From Alphaproteobacteria bacterium (lineage in GTDB: Bacteria > Pseudomonadota > Alphaproteobacteria > Bin95), in NCBI GenBank assembly GCA_964291285.2, contig OZ219788.1:320001-384000 (forward strand): a stretch of 64,000 bases of DNA, given 5' to 3'. Positions 37,835-50,743 of this stretch are shown piece after piece. The notes under the pieces were generated by a model. That model was not told where the DNA came from and ran no database searches. It worked only from the letters and a program-made list of their open reading frames with translations. Made by a program: the position numbers and the translations under genes. Positions within the stretch are counted from its first letter, which is position 1. Every line of letters begins with the position of its first letter.

Positions 37835-38900
37835 CCCCACTTCCAGTCTGAAGTGCAACATCCGGCCCTCATCGCAGTGAGGGGCGTAGCCCGAACGGAG
37901 ATGAGGTCCAGATGTTACACAAATTTTCCCCCTCTGTCCCTCTCGATTCCGCCCGGGAACAGCTTCAGTTCCTTCAACATCGAGCTTATGCAACGCCTTT
38001 GTCGGCTTCAAGCCACTGTTTCGCCGTCGCGCGGCATGGACCCTGCTGCACGTTGCGGCTTCGGAACGCAGATGGTCAGGGCGGTTTCACTTCAAGATTA
38101 CCTCCGTCGGCGATCCCGGGACTTTCCGAGTGTTGAGCCGATCCTGTACCTTCTGAACATCTTCGTTGCATGTCGCGCGAAAGTCCGTGCCCTTCGGGAA
38201 GTACTCCCGCACCAGGCCGTTGGTGTGCTCATTCAAGCCGCGCTCCCGGGAATGGAAAGGCGAAGAAGAAATCTGCGTCAAGTGCGACACGGCTGTGGTC
38301 TGCGAACTCCTTGCCGTTGTGATTGTGTGGACCAATAGCGCACCAGAGCCGAGCAGGCGGATCATGACCGAACCGACCGTGTCTTTCTGTCCACCCGGCC
38401 GGAATGGCATCCGCCCTTCCAGTTCGGCTTCTTGCCGCGCCGCCGAAGCTTCTTCCACAAGACGCCCCCGGCTCTCCGGTCTTCGGCGATCATGGATCCG
38501 TTCACGGCCCTCCAGTCGAAAACGGCCGCTGCTCGGAACCCTCCCGCAGCTTTTCCTGAGCTTCAACCCGAGGCGTCAACCGCCAGGAAACAGACGAGGC
38601 TGCCCTGCGTTTCTGCCATCCTTTGCGCCTGCTTGTGACGGTAACCCCGTCCCCCGGTGTTGCGCTTGATCTCCCGGAAAATTCGGTCACGGCCCGGCTG
38701 CCGAGCAATCGTACCTTGTGAAAGACCGCTTTTCTGCCTCAATCTGGCATCGCTCTTCGCAGGTGACGGTAGCCTTTGGACATGAACAAGCCCCCTTCAT
38801 CTTGTACAGGAACTCTCGCCACTACCGCTCCGCAACATCATGCGTCTAAAAACACATGGCCACAGCCCATCATGTGTTGCACTTCACTATGGAACAGGGG
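37835..38900 (-). mobile_element. Degenerate IS30-family element
   Basis: 26-bp IR (21/26 match) ending TGAAGTGCAACA; transposase relics MSKGYRHL, REIKRN, ERGLNEHTNGLVREYFPKGTDF. Confidence 0.8.
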
Positions 38901-39803
38901 TTGTATCCCTGATCGGCGAGCTGATTTTTTTGGGTTCTTTTTGGTCGCTTGGGGAAGCGCTGACGATAGTTGTCTGGTGGTTTCCGCTGCCCCGGGCGGG
39001 TCTGGAGCGTTTGATGATCGGGCCGGGTGCAATTTTTGGGGGCTCGGGGGGGCGCCGGTCGTTGCCACCAAGCAGACGGGGCCGGCGCCGCATCGTTCTC
39101 AGCAGCCCCAGTCTACCCCCTCGCGCAGCCCGGCGACCCTCGCTGCGGTCGCCAGCACATCCCCTCCCTCAGGCAGGCGAAAATCTCAACGCAACGGGGG
39201 CCGGCGACTCCAGTCGGGCTACGCCCTCCTTACGTCCCTGGCCCCCGTCGCAAATGCCGCGGCGCCACCATCACAATCCTCGGCGCGCTCAACAAAAAAG
39301 CGCAACGCCAGCAAATAAGCGCCTTTTGTGACCGTCACCTACACGAGCATAGAATTCCGGTTCGATCGCGCCCATCCCGCTCTCCTCCAGGTCCCGGTCC
39401 TTTCCGGCGCCGCCCGCAGCGAACCGGCAACCGGCGCCACTCTGGAGGCCGCCCCCTGTCTTGCAAAGGAATCAGTCAGGGGATTTCCATCGCCCCGGAC
39501 ATGCGCGCCAGCCCGCGGACACGCCGGATGCGCGCACCCCCGAAGTTCACGGCCGCCACACGATTGCCGCCCGGCGCATTCGGACCGGTGTCCGCGGATG
39601 TACGGCCGACCGCCGCTTGCCCGTCCGCTCGCCGAACAACTCGACGGCGTTTCACGCGCGCGACGGGCGACGGACCGTTTACCGGCATGCGCGAGCCGGC
39701 AACGCCCCATTTCGGATCGGTCCGGTCTCGGACCGCTATCTGGAAAGAGGTTTGATTTTCAGGAGGGCTGGAAAAATCCGTAATATCAGCGTTTTATATA
39801 CGA

Positions 39804-39845
39804 TTAGGAATATCCCGCAACATTGGTGTCCAGGAGATATTTCAC
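39804..39845 (-). pseudogene. vapC: 5' stub of a VapC/PIN toxin gene
   Basis: GTG start 2 bp after the antitoxin stop; reads MKYLLDTNV, then stops after 13 aa. Confidence 0.7.
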
Positions 39846-39847
39846 GG

Positions 39848-40129
39848 CTACAGGCGCACGTCGCGGCCCGGCGTTCTCTCGCGCAGATCGCCGAACAGCT
39901 CGCCGGGGTCGAGGGCAAGTTCCTCAAGCCGGACTGCGCTTGCGAATTCGCGGCAGGCGTTCGCGAAGCCCTGCCGGCCCGAGGAGAGCCGCTCGAATTC
40001 CCGGCGGCCCACCAGAACGGCCACCGGCTCGCCCCGCCGGGTAAGCTCCACGGCCTTTCCGCTCTCCGCATCGCGCACCAAGGACGGCAGGTTGCGCCGC
40101 GCTTCCGCAATCGAATGCCGGTCCGCCAT
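39848..40129 (-). CDS. Phd/YefM family antitoxin
   Basis: SIAEARRNLPSLVRDAESGKAVELTRRGEPVAVLV. Confidence 0.88.
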   Translation of the reverse strand: MADRHSIAEARRNLPSLVRDAESGKAVELTRRGEPVAVLVGRREFERLSSGRQGFANACREFASAVRLEELALDPGELFGDLRERTPGRDVRL

Positions 40130-40204
40130 TGTCTCCGCCGCAATGTTCATCGGTATGTACACAATAGACGGTTCCGCAGAAGAACGGAACCCCCGGCGGC
40201 CGGA

Positions 40205-41578
40205 TCAGGAAGGGCTGAACTCCAGACTCACCCTGAGCCCGGGCGGGCGGTCGTCCGGCGCCGCGTCGGAAAGCACTAGGCGGGCGTTGTGGCGCCGGGC
40301 GGCGGCAGTGGCCAGCGCCAGGCCGAGGCCGTTGCCGGGCAGGTGGCGGCTCGGGTCGAGGCGCACGAAGCGTTCGAGCACGCGCTCCCGGTCTTCCGGC
40401 GCGATGCCGGGGCCGCTGTCGGCCACCGCCACGCCCGATGGGCCGACGATGACGGCGACCCGGCCGCCTTCCGGCGTGTATTTGACTGCGTTGTCGATGA
40501 GGTTGGAGAGCGCCTGGGCCAGCAATTCCGGCTGCCCCCGGACTTCCGGGGCCGGCCCTTCCTTTGCGAATTCGAGCGCAATACCCCGCTCTTCCGCCGA
40601 GGGTGCATGGAGCTCGACCAAGTCTTCCGCGAGCCCGGCAACATCGACCGGAACGGGCGGCGTCGGACCGGACTCCGCCCGCGCGATCGCCAGCAGCATG
40701 TTGAACGTGTCTATCAGCTCCGTGACTTCCTGGCCGGTGCGGACCAGCGCATCCCGGTAGCTGCCGGCATCCACCGGCCCCCGCAGCACATCCTCCAGCC
40801 GCGCATGGAGCCGGGCCAGGGGCCGGCGGAGGTCGTGGGCGACATTGTCTGTCACCTCGCGCAACTCGTTCATCAGCAGCTCGATGCGCGCCAGCATCCG
40901 GTTGACGCTCGTTGCCAGGTCGTCGAATTCGTCGCCGCGCCCTGTCACCGGCACCCGGCGGGACAGGTCCCCGTCCTCCATGATGCGGCGGCCGGTCTCA
41001 TCCACCGCCTCTGCCCGCCGGCGCAGGTCGCGGGAAACCAGAATGCCCGCCGCCAGCCCCGCCAGCAGGATCAGCCCCCCGGCCGCAGCGCCGAAAACGA
41101 CGATCCGGCGGCTGAGCGCGACCTCCTCGTCGATATCGTGAGCGACCAGAAGCCTGAAGCCGCCGGCAAGGTTGGCGACATAAGCGCGGGCGGTGTGCCG
41201 GTGGGCGGGCTCGCCGCCGTGCGCGCGGCGATAGTGGAAATCGTGCCACCGGCCGGGCTCCTGCGCCGTTTCGGGCCATGAGGCGAGATTGCCGGCGACC
41301 TTGCGGCCCCGCCGGTCCGCCAGCAGGTATAGTGATTGGCCCTCGCGCCTGCTTCGCCCCTCTATGACGGCGCTGAGCCGCAGAGGCCCGAACGCCCGGT
41401 AATGCTCCGCCAGCCCCTCCAGTTCCGCCCGAACGATCTGCCGGCTCTCCTCCTGCAGCGCTTCCAAGGACGCGCTGTAGAGAAAGCGGAAGCCGGCGAA
41501 GCCGAAGACCCCCAACACGGCCAGATAAACCAGGGTCAGCCGGAAGGCCGACGTGCGCAGAAGCTCAATCGGCCGCAA
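40205..41578 (-). CDS. Two-component sensor histidine kinase (HAMP)
   Basis: Two TM segments, HAMP, VAHDLRRP, NLIDNAVKY, DSGPG, GLGL. Confidence 0.93.
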   Translation of the reverse strand: MRPIELLRTSAFRLTLVYLAVLGVFGFAGFRFLYSASLEALQEESRQIVRAELEGLAEHYRAFGPLRLSAVIEGRSRREGQSLYLLADRRGRKVAGNLASWPETAQEPGRWHDFHYRRAHGGEPAHRHTARAYVANLAGGFRLLVAHDIDEEVALSRRIVVFGAAAGGLILLAGLAAGILVSRDLRRRAEAVDETGRRIMEDGDLSRRVPVTGRGDEFDDLATSVNRMLARIELLMNELREVTDNVAHDLRRPLARLHARLEDVLRGPVDAGSYRDALVRTGQEVTELIDTFNMLLAIARAESGPTPPVPVDVAGLAEDLVELHAPSAEERGIALEFAKEGPAPEVRGQPELLAQALSNLIDNAVKYTPEGGRVAVIVGPSGVAVADSGPGIAPEDRERVLERFVRLDPSRHLPGNGLGLALATAAARRHNARLVLSDAAPDDRPPGLRVSLEFSPS

Positions 41579-42245
41579 GGCGGTATCCGACGCCCCTGAC
41601 GGTATGCAGCAGCGGAGCGTCGAAGTCCCTGTCGATCTTGGCGCGCAGCCGCGAAATCTGCGCGTCGATCACATTGGTGCCCGGGTCGAAACTGAAGTCC
41701 CAGACCTGCTCCAGCAGCATGGTCCTCGTGACCACCCGCCCGGCATGTTCGGCCAGCACCTCCAGCAACCGGAACTCTCTGGGCTTGAGGGCCACCGGCT
41801 TCCCCGCCCGGTACACACGGCGCTCCACGCGGCGGATCTCGAGATCGCCTATGGCGAAATCGGTTTCCGCTGCCGCCGCCGGGGACCGCCGCCGGGCGAG
41901 CGCTTCGATGCGCGCGCGCAGTTCCGCAAAGGCGAAGGGCTTGACGAGGTAGTCGTCCCCCCCGGAGTTCAGCCCCTTCACGCGGTCGCCGACACTGCTG
42001 AGCGCGGTGAGGAAAAGGACTGGCGTGCGGTCGCCCTCGGCGCGCAACGCCCGCACCAGGCTGAGTCCGTCCAACTCCGGCAGCATACGGTCCACCACCA
42101 GCACGTCGAAGCCGCCGCCGCGTGCCGTTTCGAGTCCTTCCGGGCCGTCAGCGGCGATCTCGACCCGATGCCCGTCCTCGCGCAGGCCCTTGGCCGTGTA
42201 GGCCGCCGTCTCGCAGTCATCTTCAATAATGAGAATCTTGAGCAT
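41565..42245 (-). CDS. OmpR-family response regulator
   Basis: IIEDD, VVDRMLP, DDYLVKPF, winged helix TVRGVGY. Confidence 0.95.
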   Translation of the reverse strand: MLKILIIEDDCETAAYTAKGLREDGHRVEIAADGPEGLETARGGGFDVLVVDRMLPELDGLSLVRALRAEGDRTPVLFLTALSSVGDRVKGLNSGGDDYLVKPFAFAELRARIEALARRRSPAAAAETDFAIGDLEIRRVERRVYRAGKPVALKPREFRLLEVLAEHAGRVVTRTMLLEQVWDFSFDPGTNVIDAQISRLRAKIDRDFDAPLLHTVRGVGYRLAAD

Positions 42246-42346
42246 GACGGGGGCATCCTAGCATGGCCCGGCATTGAGCCGGGCCGGGAAAAGGCCGGAC
42301 GCCCGCCGGCGGGAGGAGGAACCGGCGGGCGTCCGGAGGCGAGGAA

Positions 42347-43768
42347 TCAGGCCGTGTCCAGCGGCAATGCCACGAACCGGTCCCTGTTCTCCCGCCTGAG
42401 GAGCATGAGCACGGCCTTGCGGCCGGCCGTCCTGAGCTCGGCGACGATCCCTTCCACATCGCCGGGCGTCTCGACAGCCCGGCGGTCCACCGAAAGGAGC
42501 ACATCGCCTTCGCGCACGCCCTTGCGGGCAGCCGGGCTGCCGGGCATCACATCGGCAACCACGACCTTGCCGTCCGCCACGCCGAGATCGAGCCCCGCAA
42601 AGCCGCCTTCGGGCACACCGGCTTTCGCGACTTCGTTGCCGGCCGGCATGGCGGCAAGCACCGCCTCCACGCTCGCCTCCGCGCCGTTCCGCCAGAGCTT
42701 CAGCCTCACCGTCCGGCCGGGGTCCCGCTCGGCGATCATGCGAGGCAGGCGCCGCATTTCGACCACGCGCTCGCCGTCCACCCCCAGGATTACGTCGCCC
42801 GCCTTCAGGCCCGCTGCGGCCGCCGGTCCGGAAGGATCGACCGAGGCCACAAGCGCGCCTTCGGGCTGTTCGAGGCCGAGGCTTTCCGCAAGGTCTTCGC
42901 CGACATGCTGGATGCGGACGCCGAGCTGCCCGCGCTCGACCGCGCCGTTTGCCTTCAACTCCGCCACGATGTCGTTCGCGAGAGCCGAGGGCACGGCGAA
43001 ACCGATGCCGACATTGCCGCCGTTGGGCGAGAAGATCGCCGTGTTCACGCCGATGACCTCGCCCTGGAGGTTGAAGGCCGGGCCGCCGGAATTGCCGCGG
43101 TTGATCGGGGCGGAAATCTGGAGGAAGTCGTCATAGGGGCCCGCGCCGATCTGGCGCCCGCGCGCGGAGACGATGCCGGCCGTGGCGGAATGGCCGAGAC
43201 CGAAGGGGTTGCCGACCGCCACCACCCAGTCACCGACCCGCACCTGCCGGGAGTCGCCGAACGCGACGTGCGGCAGTGCTTCCTCCGCCTCCACCTTGAG
43301 GAGGGCGAGGTCCGTCTTCGGGTCGGCGCCGACGAGGCGGGCCGGCAGTTTCCGCTTGTCGTGGAAGGTGACGGCGATCTCCTTCGCGCCCGCCACGACA
43401 TGGTGGTTGGTGACGATATGGCCGTCCGCCGAGATGACGAAGCCGGAGCCGACGCCCGTCGCCGGCTGCCAGTCGCGCCATTTCTCGGGCCAGGGCGCAC
43501 GGTCGCCGAAGAAGCGGCGCATGAACTCCTGCGGACCGGCGGGCATCTCCGCCTTGAGGCTCTTCTCGACGCGGATGTTCACCACGGCGGGCGTCACCCG
43601 CTCGATGGTGCCTGCCAGGCTCGGCAGCGCGGCCGCTGCGGCGTCGGGTGCCCCGGAGGCCTGGAGCGCGCCCACATGGTACGCGCCGCCGGCCGCAAGC
43701 GCGCTCCCGAGCAGGATCGCGGCGACCGTGCGCCGGGCGGGCCGGCTCACAAACAGTCTGGTTTGCAT
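42347..43768 (-). CDS. DegP/Do family periplasmic serine protease
   Basis: Signal peptide, TNHHV, TDLAL, GNSGG, two PDZ domains. Confidence 0.93.
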   Translation of the reverse strand: MQTRLFVSRPARRTVAAILLGSALAAGGAYHVGALQASGAPDAAAAALPSLAGTIERVTPAVVNIRVEKSLKAEMPAGPQEFMRRFFGDRAPWPEKWRDWQPATGVGSGFVISADGHIVTNHHVVAGAKEIAVTFHDKRKLPARLVGADPKTDLALLKVEAEEALPHVAFGDSRQVRVGDWVVAVGNPFGLGHSATAGIVSARGRQIGAGPYDDFLQISAPINRGNSGGPAFNLQGEVIGVNTAIFSPNGGNVGIGFAVPSALANDIVAELKANGAVERGQLGVRIQHVGEDLAESLGLEQPEGALVASVDPSGPAAAAGLKAGDVILGVDGERVVEMRRLPRMIAERDPGRTVRLKLWRNGAEASVEAVLAAMPAGNEVAKAGVPEGGFAGLDLGVADGKVVVADVMPGSPAARKGVREGDVLLSVDRRAVETPGDVEGIVAELRTAGRKAVLMLLRRENRDRFVALPLDTA

Positions 43769-43854
43769 GAAGTCTTCCCTTCTGCTGACGGTGCGGCGCA
43801 AGCCGCGCTCAGCAGAAGATAAGAACCGGGCCTTACCGGAACCTTGCCGGCGCC

Positions 43855-44835
43855 TTACGATCCGGCAAGGAAGCGGGAGAGAAGCCGCCGGGCGGCCGCG
43901 GCCGGCGCCGCGCGGCCCGCCGCCACCTCGCCTTCCAGCCTGCCGGCCAGCGCGCGGAGCGCGCGGTCGCGCCGGACCGCATCCAGCGCGCCCTCGGAGA
44001 CCTCGTTCCACATCCAGGCGGTCGCCTGCCGGGCCCGTCGTTCCCTCAGCCCGGCGCCCAGCGCCTCGCGGAACGCGCCGACCGCCTCCCAAGCTTCCGG
44101 GATGCCGGCTCCGGTAAGCGCCGAGCAGGTCTGCACCCGGACCGTCCAGCCGGGTGCGGACGAACGCAGCAGGTGGATTGCCGCCTCGTAATCGGCCGCC
44201 GTGCGCCGCGCCTGGCTCTCCAGCTCGCCGTCGGCCTTGTTGACGAGCACCAGGTCGGCAAGCTCGATGATGCCCCGCTTGATGCCCTGGAGTTCGTCGC
44301 CGCCGGCCGGCAGCAGCATGAGCAGGAACATGTCCACCATGTCGGCGACGGCTGTTTCCGACTGGCCGACCCCGACCGTCTCGACCAGCACCACGTCGAA
44401 GCCGGCGGCCTCGCAGGCGAGCATCGCCTCGCGCGTGCGCCGCGCGACGCCGCCGAGCGTCGTCCCGGCGGGCGAGGGGCGGATGAAGGCGGCGCCGTCC
44501 CGCGCGAGCGCTTCCATGCGCGTCTTGTCGCCCAGAATGGAGCCGCCCGAGCGCTTCGAACTCGGATCGACCGCAAGCACGGCGACCCGGTGGCCCGCCT
44601 CGATGAGGTGCCGGCCGAACGCCTCGATGAAGGTCGATTTCCCGACCCCCGGCGAACCGCTGACGCCGAGCCTCACCGACCGGCCGGCCTCCGGTAGCAG
44701 CGCCTCCAGAAGCGCATCGGCCCGGTCCCGGTGGTCGGGGCGCGAGGACTCGATCAGCGTGATCGCGCGCGCCAGCGCCCGGCGTTCACCCGTGAGCACC
44801 GCCGCCGCGAGGCGGGAAGGGTCGGTCTCCTCCAT
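43855..44835 (-). CDS. meaB: Methylmalonyl-CoA mutase-associated GTPase
   Basis: [32 protein letters not shown]. Confidence 0.95.
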   Translation of the reverse strand: MEETDPSRLAAAVLTGERRALARAITLIESSRPDHRDRADALLEALLPEAGRSVRLGVSGSPGVGKSTFIEAFGRHLIEAGHRVAVLAVDPSSKRSGGSILGDKTRMEALARDGAAFIRPSPAGTTLGGVARRTREAMLACEAAGFDVVLVETVGVGQSETAVADMVDMFLLMLLPAGGDELQGIKRGIIELADLVLVNKADGELESQARRTAADYEAAIHLLRSSAPGWTVRVQTCSALTGAGIPEAWEAVGAFREALGAGLRERRARQATAWMWNEVSEGALDAVRRDRALRALAGRLEGEVAAGRAAPAAAARRLLSRFLAGS

Positions 44836-44848
44836 GCGTTCCGGGCGC

Positions 44849-46999
<2,151 letters not shown>

Positions 47000-47078
47000 G
47001 GCAGCCTCTCCCTCCGTCCGGCGGGCCGACCCATATTACCGCGACTCGGCGGCGGGGCGTCAGTCCGCCCGCCGGGCG

Positions 47079-47369
47079 TCAGTCCGCCCCGTCCACAGCG
47101 ATGAACTCGCCGACGCCGGCATGCGCCCTGAGCGCCCTGATCTCGGTATATTCCGGCGAGTTGTAGAATTCCTTCGCCCGTTCGAGCGAGGGAAACTCGA
47201 TGATGACCATGCGGTCGCTGAACTCGGGGCCCTCGAGCGTCACCGTTTCGCCGCCGCGTGCGATGAAGCGTCCGCCGAAGGAGGCGACGCAATCGGGCGT
47301 GCGGGCGGCATAGCGCTTGTACTGCTCGGGATCGGTCACCTTCATGCGGACGACGATATAGGCGCTCAT
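47079..47369 (-). CDS. DUF1330 family protein
   Basis: GGRFIARGG, IIEFPS, YNSPEY. Confidence 0.88.
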   Translation of the reverse strand: MSAYIVVRMKVTDPEQYKRYAARTPDCVASFGGRFIARGGETVTLEGPEFSDRMVIIEFPSLERAKEFYNSPEYTEIRALRAHAGVGEFIAVDGAD

Positions 47370-47430
47370 CGGGGGCTTCTCCTTCCTGCCGGCGGACTTC
47401 GACCGGCATCCACTCTACCGCAGCTCCGGT

Positions 47431-47997
47431 TCACGGGACATGAGGCCGGGGCATCATCGCCGTGCCGGCCTCGCGGTCCGTCAGGGCGGGGTAGCGGCGT
47501 GGGCGGAACAGCTGGTAGTGCCACCATTCGCGCATGTAGAAGTCCCAGCCCGCCGCGCTCATCAGGCCGAGCAGCAGGGCGCGGTTGCGCTGCGCTTCCG
47601 GGGAAACCGCCGCAGACCCGTGATGCGAGGCGGGCGTGAGGTCGTCGAAGCCCGTGCCCATGTCGAGCGGCTTGTCGTCCGGCCCGGTGAGCGTCAGATC
47701 GACGGCGACGCCGCGCGTGTGGATGCCGCCCCGGCGCGGGTCGCTGATGTAGGCCGGGTCCGGGACGGCGCGCCAGAGCGCCCATTGCGCCTCCAGCGGC
47801 CGGAAGGCGTCGAACAGCAGCAGGCCGAGCCCCTGCGCCTGCGCGAGCTCCGCCGCCTGGACCAGCGCCGCCTCCGCCTCCGGCACCAGCCACGCGGCCG
47901 GGCGGGAATAGATCGGCTTGCCCGCGACATTGTCCGCCCGCGCATAGGCGATATCGAAGGCGATGCCGTGGCGCTCCGGCGACAGTTCGACAAGCAT
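47431..47997 (-). CDS. ddpX: D-alanyl-D-alanine dipeptidase
   Basis: DAFRP, HTRGVAVD, DMGTGFD, EWWHY. Confidence 0.9.
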   Translation of the reverse strand: MLVELSPERHGIAFDIAYARADNVAGKPIYSRPAAWLVPEAEAALVQAAELAQAQGLGLLLFDAFRPLEAQWALWRAVPDPAYISDPRRGGIHTRGVAVDLTLTGPDDKPLDMGTGFDDLTPASHHGSAAVSPEAQRNRALLLGLMSAAGWDFYMREWWHYQLFRPRRYPALTDREAGTAMMPRPHVP

Positions 47998-48008
47998 GGC
48001 GCCGGACT

Positions 48009-48482
48009 CTAGCGGGCGGAACCGGGTTCGAGGAAGATCAGGACGATCCCGGCCGCGACCATCGCGGTTCCGGCGAATTGCCGCCAGCCGAAGCTTTCGC
48101 CGAAGACGACCGCCGAGGCGACCGCCGCGATGACGACGGTGCCTGCGACGATCACCGGAATCGCCACCCCGGCCCGCATGGGCCTGTCCAGGCCGGTCCC
48201 GCCGAAGAGGTAGAAATACCCGATCTCCGCGGCGCCGATGCACAGGCCGGCCAGCACGGCCCACAAATACGCCCTCGGCGCGAGCGCGAAGACATGGCCC
48301 CCCTGCGCCGCCAGGAAGCCCAGGAACAGCACCGAGGTCGAAAGCGCCGCGACCTGCAGGCAGACGGTCGCCAGCACCGTCGTGGTGGCCGACGCCGGGA
48401 CATGGGCTCCCGACAGCTTGATCAGCAGGTTGTAGCCCGCATAGAGCAGCGTCACCGCCGCCAGGAGCATCGCCGCGACCAT
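48009..48482 (-). CDS. Small DMT/EamA-like membrane protein
   Basis: About five hydrophobic segments; FGESFGWRQFAG. Confidence 0.7.
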   Translation of the reverse strand: MVAAMLLAAVTLLYAGYNLLIKLSGAHVPASATTTVLATVCLQVAALSTSVLFLGFLAAQGGHVFALAPRAYLWAVLAGLCIGAAEIGYFYLFGGTGLDRPMRAGVAIPVIVAGTVVIAAVASAVVFGESFGWRQFAGTAMVAAGIVLIFLEPGSAR

Positions 48483-48520
48483 GAGCGCCCTCCCTCCGTT
48501 TCCCGGGCAGGCCGGATCGC

Positions 48521-49156
48521 TCAGGCGACCCTCATCCTGCCGTAGCTGTCCATCGCCGCCAGCACTTCGTCCAGGGACCGCCGGGCGCCGGTCTGCAGAT
48601 ATTCCATCGCCCGCAACGCGGCCTCATGCGCCTCCGGGCTGGACCCGGCGACGCAATCCTCGATCACGCGGCAGAAATAGTCGCCCTGGTGGCCGTCGAC
48701 GAAGGTGTAGTGGACGCAGACATCGGTCAGCCCGCCCGTCAGCAGCAGCGTATCGGCCCCGAGCCCCCGCAGCAGGATTTCCAGATCGGTGCCGTAGAAG
48801 GCCGAGTAGCGGCGTTTCTGGACGAGGTAGTCCCCGTCGCGGAAGTCGATCACCTCCTTCGCGAGCGCCGTTTCCGGGTTGTCGTCGAGGCAGTGGACGT
48901 CCTCGCTGCCGTCGAGTTCCCGGCCGAAATCCACCAGGTCGGCCCGGTGGATTTCCTGGATGAAGACGACCGGGATTCCCGCCTCGCGCGCCCGGTCGAT
49001 GGCGAAGCGCGCCCGGGCGACCCGCCCGGCATAGTCCGGCATGTGGGGGATCGAACGGACCTCCTTCTCCACGAAGGCGGATTGCTGGATGTCTATGACG
49101 ATCAGGGCCGGGCGGCCTTCGATCAGCTTGCGTTTCGGATTTCCGGTACCGGTCAT
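48521..49156 (-). CDS. Isochorismatase-family cysteine hydrolase
   Basis: ALIVIDIQ, KRRYSAF, TDVCV. Confidence 0.9.
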   Translation of the reverse strand: MTGTGNPKRKLIEGRPALIVIDIQQSAFVEKEVRSIPHMPDYAGRVARARFAIDRAREAGIPVVFIQEIHRADLVDFGRELDGSEDVHCLDDNPETALAKEVIDFRDGDYLVQKRRYSAFYGTDLEILLRGLGADTLLLTGGLTDVCVHYTFVDGHQGDYFCRVIEDCVAGSSPEAHEAALRAMEYLQTGARRSLDEVLAAMDSYGRMRVA

Positions 49157-49204
49157 GCGAGGACCCCGCTTCAAGGTCGGGCCGTTCTGCACCGGCCCAT
49201 GCCG

Positions 49205-50281
49205 TCAGGCCGCCCGGATCCGGGTCCAGGCCGCTTCGTAGAGCCGGGCGGTCTCCTCGCCCCGGTAGAGCGCCGGCTCGCAGGCCGCCAGCGTCTCTTC
49301 CGTCGGGAAGATGCCCGGATTGCCCGTGTAGTCCGCCGGCAGCAGCGCCTTGGCGGCGGCATTGGGCGTGGCGTAGCGGATCGCCTCCGCAATGGCCGCG
49401 CCCGCCTCGGCCTCCAGGATGAAATTGATGAAGGCGTGCGCGTTTTCGGGATGCGGCGCGCCCCGCGGGATGGCGAGCGTATCCTGCCACAGGATCGACC
49501 CCTCGCGCGGCACGACATAGGAGAGGTCGTCGTCCTCCGCCATCGCCTGCAGCATGTCGCCGTTCCATTCCATCGCGATGTCCACCTCGCCGGAGAGCAG
49601 CAGGTCCTGCCCGTTGTCCGGCGCGAACAGCCTGAGATGCGGCTTCTGCGCGACGATCAGCTTTTCGGCCGCCCCGACGATCTCCGGATCGGCCGTGTTG
49701 AGCGGATGGCCCATATATTTGAAGGCCGCGCCCAGCACTGTGCCCGCCTCGCTCAGCAGCGCGCAGCGCCCGCTGTAGCGGTCGGAGTCGTAGAGCCAGC
49801 GCCAGCTGTCGGGCACGCCGTCGCAGCGGGACTTGCGGTAGCCGATCCCCATCGTGCCCCACATATAGGGGATGGAGTGGCGCCGGCCGGGGTCGAAGGC
49901 GGCGTCCCGGAAGGCCGGCTCGATATTCGCCATGTTGGGAATCGCCGCATGGTCGAGCGGCATGAGCATGCCGGCGGCGATCATGCGCTCGACGAAATCG
50001 TTGGTCGGCACGACCACGTCGTAGCCGGGATTGCCGTCCTTCAGCGTTGCGAACAGCTCGTCATTGTCCGCATAGAGGTCCATCCGGACCGCGATGCCGG
50101 TCAGCGCCCTGAAATCCGCAAGCGTGGTCGCGCCGGTATAGGTGTCCCAGTTGTAGAAATTGAGCCTGGGCTCCTCGCCGGCGGGCGCCGCTCCCGGCAG
50201 GAAGGAGAGGCCCGCCGCCGCCGCGCCCGCGCCTGCGAGGAAGCGGCGGCGCGTCGGCCGGATTCCGAAAGCCGTGCGCAT
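49205..50281 (-). CDS. Polyamine ABC transporter substrate-binding protein (PotD/PotF-like)
   Basis: Tat signal TRRRFL, YNWDTY, PYMWGTMGIGY, WNGD. Confidence 0.9.
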   Translation of the reverse strand: MRTAFGIRPTRRRFLAGAGAAAAGLSFLPGAAPAGEEPRLNFYNWDTYTGATTLADFRALTGIAVRMDLYADNDELFATLKDGNPGYDVVVPTNDFVERMIAAGMLMPLDHAAIPNMANIEPAFRDAAFDPGRRHSIPYMWGTMGIGYRKSRCDGVPDSWRWLYDSDRYSGRCALLSEAGTVLGAAFKYMGHPLNTADPEIVGAAEKLIVAQKPHLRLFAPDNGQDLLLSGEVDIAMEWNGDMLQAMAEDDDLSYVVPREGSILWQDTLAIPRGAPHPENAHAFINFILEAEAGAAIAEAIRYATPNAAAKALLPADYTGNPGIFPTEETLAACEPALYRGEETARLYEAAWTRIRAA

Positions 50282-50480
50282 CGGCGCCTCCCTGGGCTTT
50301 CCGGGGCAGGATCCCGGCGAGTGTCGAGCCGGCGCGGGGAGAAGTCAAACGCCGGCGGGCGCCGCCCTGCCGACGGTCCCGGCCCCGACAGCGTCGCCCG
50401 CGACGTCGTGCCGGCCGCTGTCGCGCGCCGCGCCTTATACCACCCTTCGCGAGCCGGAGCCGGCGGCCGGCGGGACCCCC

Positions 50481-50743
50481 CGGAAATGTCATGGAATGTC
50501 ATGTTTCGTCATGCGGCCGGTCTCCGCCCCGGTCGTTCGCAAGGCATCGCAGCCTCCTTGGCCGAGCCATGGTCCCGGACGCCCCCGTTGCCGGAGGAGC
50601 GCCGCCCGCCCGCGCATAATGCGCGCCTGCCCGTGCGTGCGCGCCCGCCCGCGCGAGGCGGCGGGACCGGCCTCCCCACCGTGGATGTCATGGAATGTCA
50701 TGTTTCGTCATGGAGTCCTGCGGAAATGTCATGGAATGTCATG
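50481..50743. repeat. Three clusters of 10-bp-phased GTCATG repeats
   Basis: ATGTCATGGAATGTCATG(TTTCGTCATG) at 50481-50513, 50685-50712 and 50721-50743. Confidence 0.9.

Noticed and set aside
39823-39910. tRNA gene
   Set aside because: Only 14 bp resemble a tRNA 3' end, with no T-loop or cloverleaf; the sequence reads as the vapC start.
50481-50743. CRISPR array
   Set aside because: Irregular spacing and an internal 10-bp periodic structure; no cas genes.
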